A stretch of DNA of 32,000 bases from Thermus parvatiensis (GCF_001535545.1 NZ_CP014142.1:36169-68168); one strand, 5' to 3'. Shown: positions 8,161-16,479, numbered from the stretch's first letter. The notes: generated by a model from the letters alone, not told the origin. Program-made: numbers and translations.

Positions 8161-9119
8161 GAGACTGTCGTAAAAGTCCGCTATACTTAAAGGGTGGCTT
8201 CTACACGGAGATCTTACCCCAGCGACCTGTCGGACGCGGAGTGGGCCATCCTGGAGCCGTTGATCCCCGCCCCCAAGCCCGGTGGCCGACCCGCAAAGGT
8301 GCCGCTGCTTCCCCGTTAGGGGAACACCTTGAGGAGGGAGATCGTCAGCGCCATACTTTACGTCCTGGAAAACGGCATCAAGTGGCGGGCCATGCCTCAC
8401 GACTTGCCCCACTGGTCCACGGTCTACCACTACTTCCGCAAGTGGCAGAAGGAAGGGGTTTGGGAGAAGGTAGCTCAGGTTCTGGCCCGTCGTGACCGGG
8501 AGCGGGGAGGACGGTATGCCTCCCCGAGTGCCCTGGTTATGGACAGCCAGTCGGTGGTCACGGGCATAGCCCGTATCTTGCAGACGAGTGAAAAGGGGGG
8601 CCCCGGGGACACGACGGGGCGAAGAAGGTCAAAGGGAGGAAGCGGCAGATCCTGACGGACACGGGGGGCCGTCTTTTGAAGGCCTTTGTCCACCCGGCCA
8701 ATGAGCACGACAAGTGGGGTGGGCAGGCGTTGCTTTTGGGGATGGACCTCTCCTTGTGGCCCCGGGTACGCAAGCTCTTTGTGGACTGGGGTTACCGGGG
8801 TTTGCGGGAGGTGGCTAGGGGGCTGGGACTGGAGCTGGAGGTGGTGGCCTGTCCTTACGCGGGGGTGCGGGGGGTCTGGGTGCGGGAGGGGGAGGAGGTG
8901 CCGGAGATCCCGCGGGAGGGTGGGTTCAAGCCCCTGCCCAAGCGGTGGGTGGTGGAGCGGACCTTTGCCTGGATGGGGCGAAACCGACGGCTGGGGAAAG
9001 ATTACGAGTACCACCCTGAGGTAACGGAAGCCTGGATGTATTTAGGCATGATACGCTTGCTGGTGAAGCGGCTGGCCAGGGCCGCATAAGCTGGAGGAGG
9101 GGACTTTTACAACAGTTTC
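8161..9119 (+). mobile_element. IS5-family insertion sequence (IS427/IS1031-like) with a 3-bp TTA target duplication
   Basis: The IRs are GAGACTGTCGTAAAAGTCC (8161-8179) and the reverse complement of 9101-9119 (17/19 match). TTA is present at both 8158-8160 and 9120-9122. Confidence 0.85.
8194..9089 (+). pseudogene. IS5-family transposase with an in-frame TAG at 8317-8319 and a -1 shift at A AAG GGG (8592-8598)
   Basis: YPSDLSDAEWAILEPLIP..GRPAK, ILYVLENGIKWRAMPHDLPHWSTVYHYFRKWQ, then after the shift GRKRQILTDTGGRLLKAFVHPANEHD...WVVERTFAWM. TATACT lies 6 nt before GTG 8194. Confidence 0.8.
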
Positions 9120-9146
9120 TTAGCCTGGCCTCCAGGAGGTGCGCCC

Positions 9147-9467
9147 GTGTTCGTGACGATGAACCGCATCCCCGTGCGGCCCGAGTACGCCGAGCAGTTT
9201 GAGGAGGCCTTCCGGCAGAGGGCCCGGCTCGTGGACCGGATGCCGGGGTTTATCCGCAACCTGGTCCTGAGGCCCAAGGACCCGGGGGACCCCTACGTCG
9301 TCATGACCCTCTGGGAGAGCGAGGAGGCCTTCCGGGCCTGGACGGAAAGCCCCGCCTTCAAGGAGGGGCACGCCCGGAGCGGCACCCTGCCCAAGGAGGC
9401 CTTCCTGGGGCCGAGCAGGCTGGAGGCCTTTGAGGTGGTCCTGGACTCGGAGGGCCAGGATGCGTAA
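9147..9467 (+). CDS. ABM-domain (antibiotic biosynthesis monooxygenase / IsdG-like) protein
   Basis: A roughly 100-aa protein, NRIPVRPEYAEQFEEAFRQRARLVDRMPGFIRNLVLRP..YVVMTLWESEEAFRAWTESPAFKEGH, typical of the ABM fold. AGGAGGTG lies 5 nt before GTG 9147. Confidence 0.75.
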   Translation: MFVTMNRIPVRPEYAEQFEEAFRQRARLVDRMPGFIRNLVLRPKDPGDPYVVMTLWESEEAFRAWTESPAFKEGHARSGTLPKEAFLGPSRLEAFEVVLDSEGQDA

Positions 9468-9919
9468 GGCCTCGCTTTTCGGCCGGAGGGAGGGCACGGG
9501 CGAGGGGGCGAGGCCCCCCTTCCCCGCCGACCCCGCGCAGAGCCCCGTCCCGAGGCGCGCCCACCTCAAGGCGGCCCTCCTCCTTCTCCTGCTGGATAGG
9601 CCATCCCCCGAAGGCCCCAAGGCCCCGTCCGAAACGCAGGGAGGGAAGCGATGAGACGGATCGGCATCGGTTTGGTGTTGTTCCGCGTGGCCCTGGCCTA
9701 AGGCTTCAAGGCGGACCTCCGCCAAACGGTGGGGCCCCTTCTCCTGGGGCTTGCCGGGGGAACGGGAGTGCTCGCGGAGGCGGCGGAGGCCTTCGCCTTC
9801 GGCCCCGTGGGGGAGTTTGACCCCTACCTGGACACCTGGTCCAGGGCTTGCCTAGCAAATCGCCTTGCACCCCGGAGGCGGGGGAAGGAGGGAGAGAAGA
9901 ACCCTAAGGCCGTAGGCGA

Positions 9920-10269
9920 TCAGCTCCAAAGAGGCCCGCGCCATGGCTGTCGGGAAAGCCTCTCCAGGAGAGCCTCAAGGAGTTCGGGGTCCAGGTGCTG
10001 TACGGCATAGCGGGCCAGGGACCAGTGGGAGGGGAAGGGCTCCTCCATCAGGTCTTGGAGAGAGGCCTCCGTCTTGCGGCAGGTGAGGCGGAAGAAGGCG
10101 CGGTAGGGAAGGAGGGCCAGGTAACCGCTTCCCCGTCAGGGGAACACCTTGCGGGCGTGGCTGTAGCGTCAGGGGCGGCCCCGTTGCCCTTGGAGGTGGG
10201 TGGGGCCACCTCCTGGGCCAGGCGCAGGTAGTGTTCAAGGACCTCCGGTTTCAGGGCGTCCCTGGGCAT
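9920..10269 (-). pseudogene. N-terminal remnant of a transposase (IS4/IS5-like), multiple frame breaks and in-frame TGAs
   Basis: It reads MPRDALKPEVLEHYLRLAQEV... and then, in another frame, GRP*RYSHARKVFP*RGSGYLALLPYRAFFRLTCRKTEASLQDLMEEPFPSHWSLARY. No DDE domain follows. Confidence 0.45.
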
Positions 10270-10293
10270 ACCCCCATGTTACCCGCCGTACCG

Positions 10294-10390
10294 GGAAGTG
10301 CACTTCCAGACATCCAGACTCTGGAAGTCTGTAAGTCCGGAAGTCTGTGAGTTTGTCGCAAACATCCGCCTTTTGTCGCAACCCTCCGCC
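10294..10390. repeat. Cluster of a 14-bp palindrome plus two pairs of tandem direct repeats (iteron/operator-like)
   Basis: GGAAGTGCACTTCC at 10294-10307. CTGGAAGTCTGTAAGT / CCGGAAGTCTGTGAGT at 10321-10352. TTGTCGCAAACATCCGCC (10353-10370) and TTGTCGCAACCCTCCGCC (10373-10390). Confidence 0.6.
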
Positions 10391-10562
10391 GGCCGCCCCG
10401 GCTCCTCGCCCGCCCTTTTTTCGGGGGTTTTCGCCCTCCCGGACGGGACTCTTCCTCGGTCTGGGCCTCCCTCCGCCACTTCGCCAAACGAATCTTTTGC
10501 GAATGCTATACTCCGGGAAAGCGGGGGTGGGGGCCCTCGAGGGCACCCTCCCCCCGGAGGGG

Positions 10563-10568
10563 TAGAAT
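10563..10568 (+). promoter_or_regulatory. -10 box TAGAAT, N6 before ATG 10575
   Basis: The sequence reads TAGAATggagccATG. A further extended -10-like TGCTATACT lies at 10504-10512. Confidence 0.4.
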
Positions 10569-10574
10569 GGAGCC

Positions 10575-10751
10575 ATGCCCAAGACCAAGGAGCCCCGACT
10601 GAAGGCCCTGCTCAAGTCGCCCGAGTGGCGGCGCTTGGCGGAGGCAATGGCCCTGGAGCCCCCGGAGGGGCCCAAGCCTCGCTTCAAGCCCTGGCGTCCC
10701 CGAGTGAAGGGGGTACCCCTGGATGCCGTCCTCCAGGACCTCCGGCGCTGA
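10575..10751 (+). CDS. 58-aa putative antitoxin partner of the downstream PIN protein
   Basis: A small ORF (MPKTKEPRLKALLKSPEWRRLAEAMALEPPEG...) below the ORF-track cutoff. It overlaps the PIN gene start by 29 nt. No fold was recognised. Confidence 0.45.
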   Translation: MPKTKEPRLKALLKSPEWRRLAEAMALEPPEGPKPRFKPWRPRVKGVPLDAVLQDLRR

Positions 10752-11199
10752 GCCCCTCTTCCTGGACACCAGCGTCTTGGTGCGCCTTTACTACCTGGAG
10801 CCCGAGGACCCCTTTGAATGGGCCGTGGACCTGGCCCAGCGCCCCGGGACCCTCCTCGCCGCCTCCCACCTGGCCTACGTGGAGACCCTGGCCACCTTCC
10901 ACGCCCTGCGCCGGGGAAGGGCCATCACCTCCCGCCGCCAGGCTTCTCTGAGCGCCGCTTTCCGGGCCGACTGGCCCGCCTTCCTCCGCGTGCCCCTGAG
11001 CCCTCCCGTGGTCCAGCTGGCGGGCGCCTTGGCCGAGGAGCATCCCTTGAGGGGAGCGGACGCCCTCCAACTCGCCTCCTTCGCCTGGCTCTGGGAGAAG
11101 GAGGGGAAGGGGCGCTTCTTCACCCTGGACCGAAGGCTCTACCTTGTGGCCCGTGACCTGGTGCCCACCGTGCCCGTTCCCGCCTTTGAGGAGGTCTGA
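10723..11199 (+). CDS. vapC: PIN-domain ribonuclease (VapC-like toxin)
   Basis: LFLDTSVLVRLY is the N-terminal acidic motif and GADALQLASF is a later acidic motif. The size is about 150 aa. Confidence 0.7.
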   Translation: MPSSRTSGAEPLFLDTSVLVRLYYLEPEDPFEWAVDLAQRPGTLLAASHLAYVETLATFHALRRGRAITSRRQASLSAAFRADWPAFLRVPLSPPVVQLAGALAEEHPLRGADALQLASFAWLWEKEGKGRFFTLDRRLYLVARDLVPTVPVPAFEEV

Positions 11200-11201
11200 A
11201 G

Positions 11202-12142
11202 ATGGTAGCCGCCCAAGACCCCCACGCCGAGCTCCTCCACCGCTTCCGCAGGTACCTGGAGATGGAGGAAGGCCGCTCCCCCCGCACCGCCAAGGAGTAC
11301 CTCATGGACGCGGGCCTCTTCGCCCGCTGGTTCCGGGAGCGCCACGGCAGGCCCCCCCGCTTTGAGGAGGTGGGGAGCCAGCACATCCGCGCCTTCCTCG
11401 CCTCCCGGGAGGTGAGCCCCTACAGGGCGGGGCGCGTCCTGGCCTCCTTGAGGAAGCTCTTCCGCTACCTGGCTGAGGTGGAGGGCCTCCCCCTCCTCAA
11501 GGACCCCACGGAGGGGGTCAAGCGGCCCAAGCTTCCCCGGAGGCTTCCCGTCTACCTCACCCCGCCGGAGGTGGCCCGCCTCCTCCAGGCGGCCTACCAG
11601 AACCGCTCCCCCCGGGTGGCCCTCCGGGACTGGGCCCTCCTCGCCTTCCTCTATGGTACGGGCCTCCGCCTCTCCGAGGCCCTGGCCCTGACCTACGCCG
11701 ACCTCACCTACCAGGACGGGATCCCCCACGCCATCCGGGTCCAGGGGAAGGGGGGAAAGGAGCGGGTGGTGGTCCTCTCCCCCACGGCCCAGCGGGCCCT
11801 GCACCAGTGGCTCAAGCACCGGAACCTCGAGGGGCACCCCACCAGCCCCTACATCTGGAGCCACACCTCCGGCCCCAACCGGGGCAAGCCGTTCTCCCCC
11901 GGGCAGTGGAGGCTATGGTGAAGCGGGTGGCCAGGCGGGCGGGGCTCAAGGACTGGCAGCGCATCACCCCCCACAAGCTCCGGCACTCCTACGCCAGCGC
12001 CCTGGTGGAGGCGGGGCGGGGGATTGACGAGGTGAAGGAGCTTCTGGGGCACAGCTCCATCAGCACCACCCAGGTCTACGTGCACGTCTCCCGCAAGCGC
12101 CTGGAGGAGGCCGCCCGGGCGCTGCCGGACGTGGTGGGGTGA
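11202..12142 (+). pseudogene. Tyrosine recombinase (XerC/XerD-like), one frameshift in the TCCCCCGGG run near 11895-11903
   Basis: A SAM-like N-domain, then GTGLRLSEA (Arg I), GKGGKER, HKLRHSYAS (H-x-x-R), and LGHSSISTTQVYVHV (His and the Tyr nucleophile). GGAGG lies 8 nt before the ATG. Confidence 0.8.
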
Positions 12143-12146
12143 AATC

Positions 12147-12174
12147 CCACCCATTACCTCCCACCCATTACCTC
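12147..12174. repeat. Tandem 14-bp direct repeat CCACCCATTACCTC x2
   Basis: Seen directly, between the convergent stops of the recombinase and the RHH gene. Confidence 0.6.
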
Positions 12175-12188
12175 TGGCTTGCCCTCGT

Positions 12189-12550
12189 TCAATCCCCCTT
12201 GTCCTCGGAGTGAAAGATGTCGCTATTGCGGTAATTTTCCAACAACATGTCCACCGCCCACCGGATGAGGGTGTTCTCCGTGATCCGCTCCCCCTTCCCC
12301 CTCCTCTCCCGGTTGAGCCTCCGGGCCAGGGCGGTGAGGGCGTCCAGCTGGTCGGGGCGGAGGCGGCACTCCTTGCGGACGTAGGTGAGGTAGGGGGGGA
12401 GGGGGCGCTCCCCTTGGCCCTCGCCCGGCGGGGAGGCCTCGAGGCCCCCCCGTGAGGGGCCTCCCTGGGCCTCTCCTCCCTGGGGGCGGGAGCCTCCTGA
12501 AGGTCCCCCGCCTCCTCCCTCACCAGCTCCGCCAGGCGCTTCCGCTTCAC
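12189..12550 (-). pseudogene. Ribbon-helix-helix / ParG-like partition or regulator protein, frameshifted
   Basis: GTG 12550 overlaps the ParA stop (GTGA). The C-terminal frame reads PYLTYVRKECRLRPDQLDALTALARRLNRERRGKGERITENTLIRWAVDMLLENY, which is RHH-like. The two frames meet in G/C runs. Confidence 0.5.
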
Positions 12551-12981
12551 GCCTCCCTCCTCTCCGGGGTCCGGGCGAGCTCCCTGAGGAGCTCCTCCGC
12601 CACCCGGCGGTAGTCCGCCTCCGCCTCCCGGGCGTTGGGGCCGCGCCAGCGGGTGATGGGCTTGCCGTCCAGGGCGGCCCGCTCGTGGGCCTTGTAGGCC
12701 CGCACGAAGGCGTGGAAGGCGGGCACCCCGGCCTCCATGAGGGCGGTCTGGGCCTCGAGGGCCTCCCCCAGGCTCCGGGGGTCCACCCGGGTGAGGAGGA
12801 CCCGGTGGGCCACCCCTAGGGGGCGGATGGCCCGCCGCACCGTCTCCACCAGGGCCTCGAGGTCCAGGGGGGCGGGGGGCGTGGGGAGGACGGCGTAGTC
12901 CGCCGCCCTGAGCACCGCCTCCAGGGCCTCGGAGCGGAGGGCGGGGGGCGTGTCCACCACCACCACCCCGTAGCCCCTCAC
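12547..12981 (-). pseudogene. parA: ParA/Soj-type ATPase, C-terminal two-thirds only (Walker A region missing)
   Basis: It has GYGVVVVDTPPAL (Walker B-like) and the downstream ParA fold. The upstream frame hits a stop after about 30 codons without a KGGVGKTT motif. Confidence 0.6.
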
Positions 12982-13038
12982 CCGCCGCAGGCGGAGGAAT
13001 GGGGTTTGGCGTCCGTTCGGGCTTGAGGCCTTTTCCCC

Positions 13039-13494
13039 CTAACCCTTGTCCTCCAAGAGGCCCATCACCCCCGCCAGGGCTTCCGCCAGCGAAACCACCC
13101 AGAGCCCCCTTACCCTCTTCCCCATGAGGTGCCCAAAGTGGCGCCGGTCCCCAGTCACCAGGGCCTCGGCGCCGGCCTTCCAGGCAGCCGCCAGGATCGG
13201 GGCATCCTTAAGGGGTAGGCCTTCTGCCAGCGCTTTCCGCACCAACGCCATAGGGGCCTCGGGGACCGTCTGCACCCGTTCCCGTATCCGCTGAAGGCAC
13301 TCCAGGGCCTCGGGCCGCTTGGCCTCCAGGTTGCGCCGGGCCTCCTCCAGGGCGTGGGGAGAGGTGAGGAGGAGGACCTTGGCCCTCGGCGCCAGCTCCA
13401 AAAGGGCCTGCGCTCTCCCCTCTTGCCAGCAAGCAGCGAAGAGGACGTTGGCGTCCAGGAAGAGGCGGTGGAGCCTAACGGGCGAGGGCGGCAA
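13039..13494 (-). CDS. vapC: PIN-domain ribonuclease (VapC-like toxin)
   Basis: It has LFLDANVLFAA and VTGDRRHF. It overlaps the upstream antitoxin gene. Confidence 0.8.
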   Translation of the reverse strand: MPPSPVRLHRLFLDANVLFAACWQEGRAQALLELAPRAKVLLLTSPHALEEARRNLEAKRPEALECLQRIRERVQTVPEAPMALVRKALAEGLPLKDAPILAAAWKAGAEALVTGDRRHFGHLMGKRVRGLWVVSLAEALAGVMGLLEDKG

Positions 13495-13717
13495 GGCGGG
13501 CGCGCTCCTCCTCGGTGAGGGTGTCCTCGGCCAGGAGTTCCTGGAGGCGCTCTTCCGTGTAGACCTCTAAGGGGTAGACCCCGGCGGGGCGCAAGAGAAG
13601 GCCTCCCTCGGGAGCGAGTTCCACCAGGAAGTAGGCCTCCCCCTCCACGCCCAAGGCCTTGAGGAGGCGCTTAGGGATGGAGAGTTGGCCCTTGCGGCTG
13701 AGTTTGGCCAGCTCCAT
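13475..13717 (-). CDS. vapB: AbrB/SpoVT/MazE-fold antitoxin (VapB-like)
   Basis: MELAKLSRKGQLSIPKRLLKALGVEGEAYFLVE is a typical swapped-hairpin AbrB motif. It lies upstream of, and overlaps, the PIN gene. Confidence 0.8.
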   Translation of the reverse strand: MELAKLSRKGQLSIPKRLLKALGVEGEAYFLVELAPEGGLLLRPAGVYPLEVYTEERLQELLAEDTLTEEERARLAALAR

Positions 13718-13723
13718 GGTGTT

Positions 13724-13729
13724 AGTATA
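13724..13729 (-). promoter_or_regulatory. -10 box TATACT (extended TGGTATACT), N6 before ATG 13717
   Basis: The minus strand reads TTTTTGGTATACTaacaccATG. Confidence 0.45.
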
Positions 13730-13816
13730 CCAAAAAGTCGTGTTTCTTTGTTTCCCACTTATTCAGACTTGACCGTTATACCGCATAGAGCCCCAGGTCG
13801 TGTCAAGAGTTATGTG

Positions 13817-15136
13817 TAACAGGGCTTTACCCAAAACTCCTTCCTCGCCCTCCCTTAGCCTGCTTCAAGAGTTCTTGGGTGACTTCATAGTTGAGCAGGC
13901 GAACCAGGCCCCTCAGGAGCAGGTACGGACCATCCCTCTCGCTGGGCAGCCCCAGCTTGCCCCCGAGCTGCAAAAGAAACCCCTTGAACGGATCCCCCAA
14001 CCGCTCAACTTCCCAAAGGAACACCGCCAGCCCCAGCAAAACCGCCACCACCTTCCGGATCCGGGCAAGCCCCCGCACCTGGAAGGTCTCAAGCCCCAGC
14101 CCCGTCTTCAAAAGCCGGAAGAACCGCTCCACCTCCCACCGCCTGCGGTACGCCTCCACCACCCGCGCCGCCTCCTCCCTCCCCCTCACCGGCAAGCTGG
14201 TCAGTAGCCACCACTCCCCACGCCGCCCCAGGGCTGGCACCCGGCAGACCACCAGGTGGAGCCGCCTCCCCTCCACCTCCACCTCCCTCCATCCGAAGTG
14301 GAGCCGCACCCGCTGGTACCTGCCCCCTACCCTCAGCTCCACCTCCTCCCCACAGGGAAGGGCCAGGGAAGAAGCCACCTTCGCCAGAGAACCCCCCTCC
14401 CCAAGCTTCCGGTCCCGGTAGACCCGCACCACGAACTCCTCCCCCAGGGCCAGCACCTGCCCAAACACCTTCCGGTCGTCAAACCCCCGGTCCGCCACAT
14501 ACACCAGCCTCCTGCCCACGCCCCCCAATCGCTCCCGGGCCGCCTCAATGGCTCCCTCCACCTCCTTGGGCAGGCTGGCAAACCCCCTCTCCCCGTAGGC
14601 CACCAGGTGGGCGTACCCCAGGGCCAGCCGCCCCGCGGGGTCCAACCCCAGGGCGGTGAGGAGCTCGTACCCGGGCCGCCTATCCTTCCCCACCCGGGCT
14701 ATCCCCTCCAGGGCCCGGGCATAGGGCTTGACCACCGGGCTCAGGTCCAGGAGGACCAGAACCTCCTCACCCTCCAGGGCAGTCGCGCTCTCCTGATAGA
14801 CCCGGTCAAGGAGGGCTTCTGCCTCCACCCGTGGGTTGGACAGGAAGCGGTAAAGGGCTTTGGCCTGGTGGAAGCGGTTCTGGAGGGGAGAAGGGAGCGA
14901 GGCCACCATCTCGCTCACCCGGGCTGAGCCTGCGGCCAAGGCGCCCCGCACCACCTCTTCAAACCGTCGGTGGAGGCGCTTATCGGGGGAAAACGCTCGC
15001 AAAACGGCCCGTGAACTCCTGGAGCCTGGCCTCGGCCACCTTGAGCATGTCCATGGATCACCCCCGGTACCAGATACGGGCTGCGCCCGCAAGGGGAGAT
15101 TTACCACGAAACGGAGATGTGGGTAAAGTCCTGTTA
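13817..15136 (-). mobile_element. IS4-family IS nested inside the IS256 right IR
   Basis: The IRs are TAACAGGGCTTTACCCA (13817-13833) and the reverse complement of 15120-15136 (TAACAGGACTTTACCCA). GTTATGTGTAA is present on both sides, so depending on where the ends are drawn the target duplication is up to 11 bp. Confidence 0.8.
13827..15054 (-). pseudogene. IS4-family DDE transposase, one frameshift in the T4C5 run near 14990
   Basis: MDMLKVAEARLQEFTGRFASVFP (from ATG 15054) joins DKRLHRRFEEV... in the long ORF. It has VYVADRGFD and YRRRWEVERFFRLLK motifs. Confidence 0.8.
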
Positions 15137-16329
15137 TGTGTAAGAGTCTGTGTACGGGGGGCATACCGCTCCTGAAGCATCTTCTCCAGCACCTCCTTCA
15201 CCTCCGAGAACCCCTTTAGTTTCCGTTCTGCCCACCTCCCTGCAAGATGTTCGCTTCGCGAAGCAGCCTGCCTCTCCGACTCCAGGTAAAGAAGCTTGTA
15301 CACCGCCTCTTCCTTAGGAAACTTGTGGTCCCGCACCTTCGTCCCCCGCCGCACTTCCCGGATAAACCGCTCCATCAGGTTGGTGCTCCGCAGGTACGGC
15401 CAAAGCACCTTGGGGTACCCGTAGAACCGCAGGAAGGCCCCCGAATCCTGTACCCAAAGCCCCACCACCCCCGGGTACCGCGAACCCCAGGCGGCCTTCA
15501 CCTCCTCCAAGGCCCCAAGAGCTTCTTCCCGGCTCTCCGCCCCGTACACCCGCCTCAGGTCCTCCGCCAGCAGGCCCCGGTCCCGCGCCCGCACCTGGGA
15601 CAGGCTCCACCGCACCCCGTGCACCACGCACCGCTGCCACTCCGCCTGAGGGTAGACCCTGCGGATCGCTTCAGGAAGCCCGGGCAGCCCGTCGGTGATG
15701 AAGAGCAATACCCGCCGCAGGCCCCGCTGCCAAAGCTCCCCCAGGACCCCCTCCCATCCCAGGGCGCTCTCCGTGGGCAACAGCCAAAACCCCAGGACCC
15801 GCCTCTCCCCATTAGGGGCGATGCCCAGGGCCACATACACGCTTTCCCGTACGATCCCTTCTCCTTCCCTAAAGACCTTTAGGGAAAGCCCGTCCAGGTA
15901 GACGAAGGCCATCTCCTCGGGCAAAGGCCGGGTGCGGAAGGCTCCTGCCGCCTCCAGGACCTCGTCCGTCAGGGCGCTCAGGGTCTCGTGGGAGTAGCGG
16001 TGGCCTAAGAGCAGGCTCAATATCTCGGCCGCCTTGCGCTGACTGACCCCGGCGGCGTACAAGGCCACAGCTACCTCCCCCACGTCCACCAGGCGGCGGG
16101 CGTAGGGCTTAAGGAAAGCCGGGTAATACCGAGATTCCCGATCCCTAGGGACCTTCAGGTCCACCTGGCCGAAGGTGGTCTCCAGCTTGCGGGGGTAGTA
16201 GCCGTTCCTGCGCCCCCCGTGCACCTGCAAGAAGGCTGTCCGGTCCAGCTCCAGAACCGTCTGCAGAACCTCGGCTACTGTCTCCCGCACCGCTTCCCTC
16301 AGCAAGATCCGCAAGGTATCCTGGTCCAC
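15058..16329 (-). CDS. IS256-family (mutator-type) transposase, copy 1; the natural stop is lost, giving a read-through tail into the nested IS
   Basis: It is near-identical to copy 2. GGAGGTG lies 5 nt before GTG 16329. The tail ...THNRTLPTSPFRGKSPLAGAARIWYRG replaces ...THNS*. It has an extra 8 codons (AASRSEHLA for E) relative to copy 2. Confidence 0.85.
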   Translation of the reverse strand: MDQDTLRILLREAVRETVAEVLQTVLELDRTAFLQVHGGRRNGYYPRKLETTFGQVDLKVPRDRESRYYPAFLKPYARRLVDVGEVAVALYAAGVSQRKAAEILSLLLGHRYSHETLSALTDEVLEAAGAFRTRPLPEEMAFVYLDGLSLKVFREGEGIVRESVYVALGIAPNGERRVLGFWLLPTESALGWEGVLGELWQRGLRRVLLFITDGLPGLPEAIRRVYPQAEWQRCVVHGVRWSLSQVRARDRGLLAEDLRRVYGAESREEALGALEEVKAAWGSRYPGVVGLWVQDSGAFLRFYGYPKVLWPYLRSTNLMERFIREVRRGTKVRDHKFPKEEAVYKLLYLESERQAASRSEHLAGRWAERKLKGFSEVKEVLEKMLQERYAPRTQTLTHNRTLPTSPFRGKSPLAGAARIWYRG

Positions 16330-16401
16330 GGGGCACCTCCTCGTGCTAAGGTGTGCCCCCCTATTAAACACGGACCCTTACACATAAATCCTTACACGAC
16401 C

Positions 16402-16471
16402 CTACGAAGGCTAACGAGGTTTGCAACTTGCCCCAGGTCGGTACCGCCTGGAGGAGGTGGGCGTGGTTTCA
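16402..16471 (+). CRISPR. Remnant of a CRISPR array (repeat family Z)
   Basis: It consists of the 3' 26 nt of one repeat, a 38-nt spacer, and the first 6 nt of the next repeat. In sequence: CTACGAAGGCTAACGAGGTTTGCAAC + spacer + GTTTCA. It is cut on the left by the IS256 IRL and on the right by the IS110 left end. Confidence 0.65.
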
Positions 16472-16473
16472 TG

Positions 16474-16479
16474 TATCTT
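16474..16479 (+). promoter_or_regulatory. -10-like TATCTT in the IS110 left end (half of a junction promoter)
   Basis: Joining the right end to the left end would place TTGACA (17612-17617) exactly 17 nt upstream. Confidence 0.4.

Larger units (their letters stand above)
13796..16401 (-). mobile_element. IS256-family IS, copy 1, carrying a nested IS in its right inverted repeat
   Basis: The IRs are GGTCGTGTAAGGATTTATGTGTAAGGGTCC (reverse complement at 16372-16401) and GGTCGTGTCAAGAGTTATGTGTAAGAGTCT (13796 onward, interrupted at 13817-15136). No matching target duplication is present at the outer flanks. Confidence 0.8.

Noticed and set aside
9468-9930. A possible PadR-like regulator (..HLKAALLLLLLD..), and a 16-codon ORF from ATG 9651 (RBS GGGAGGGA) that continues in frame after a TAA (..GFKADLRQTVGPLLLGLAGGTG..).
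   Set aside because: I could not extend the PadR-like match in any frame. The second reading needs a nonsense read-through and matches no family I recognise. I treat the region as unassigned or decayed.
16428-16465. Apparent similarity between the two surviving Z-array spacers (16428-16465 and the complement of 19122-19156).
   Set aside because: On alignment, only scattered GC-rich matches remain. They are different spacers.
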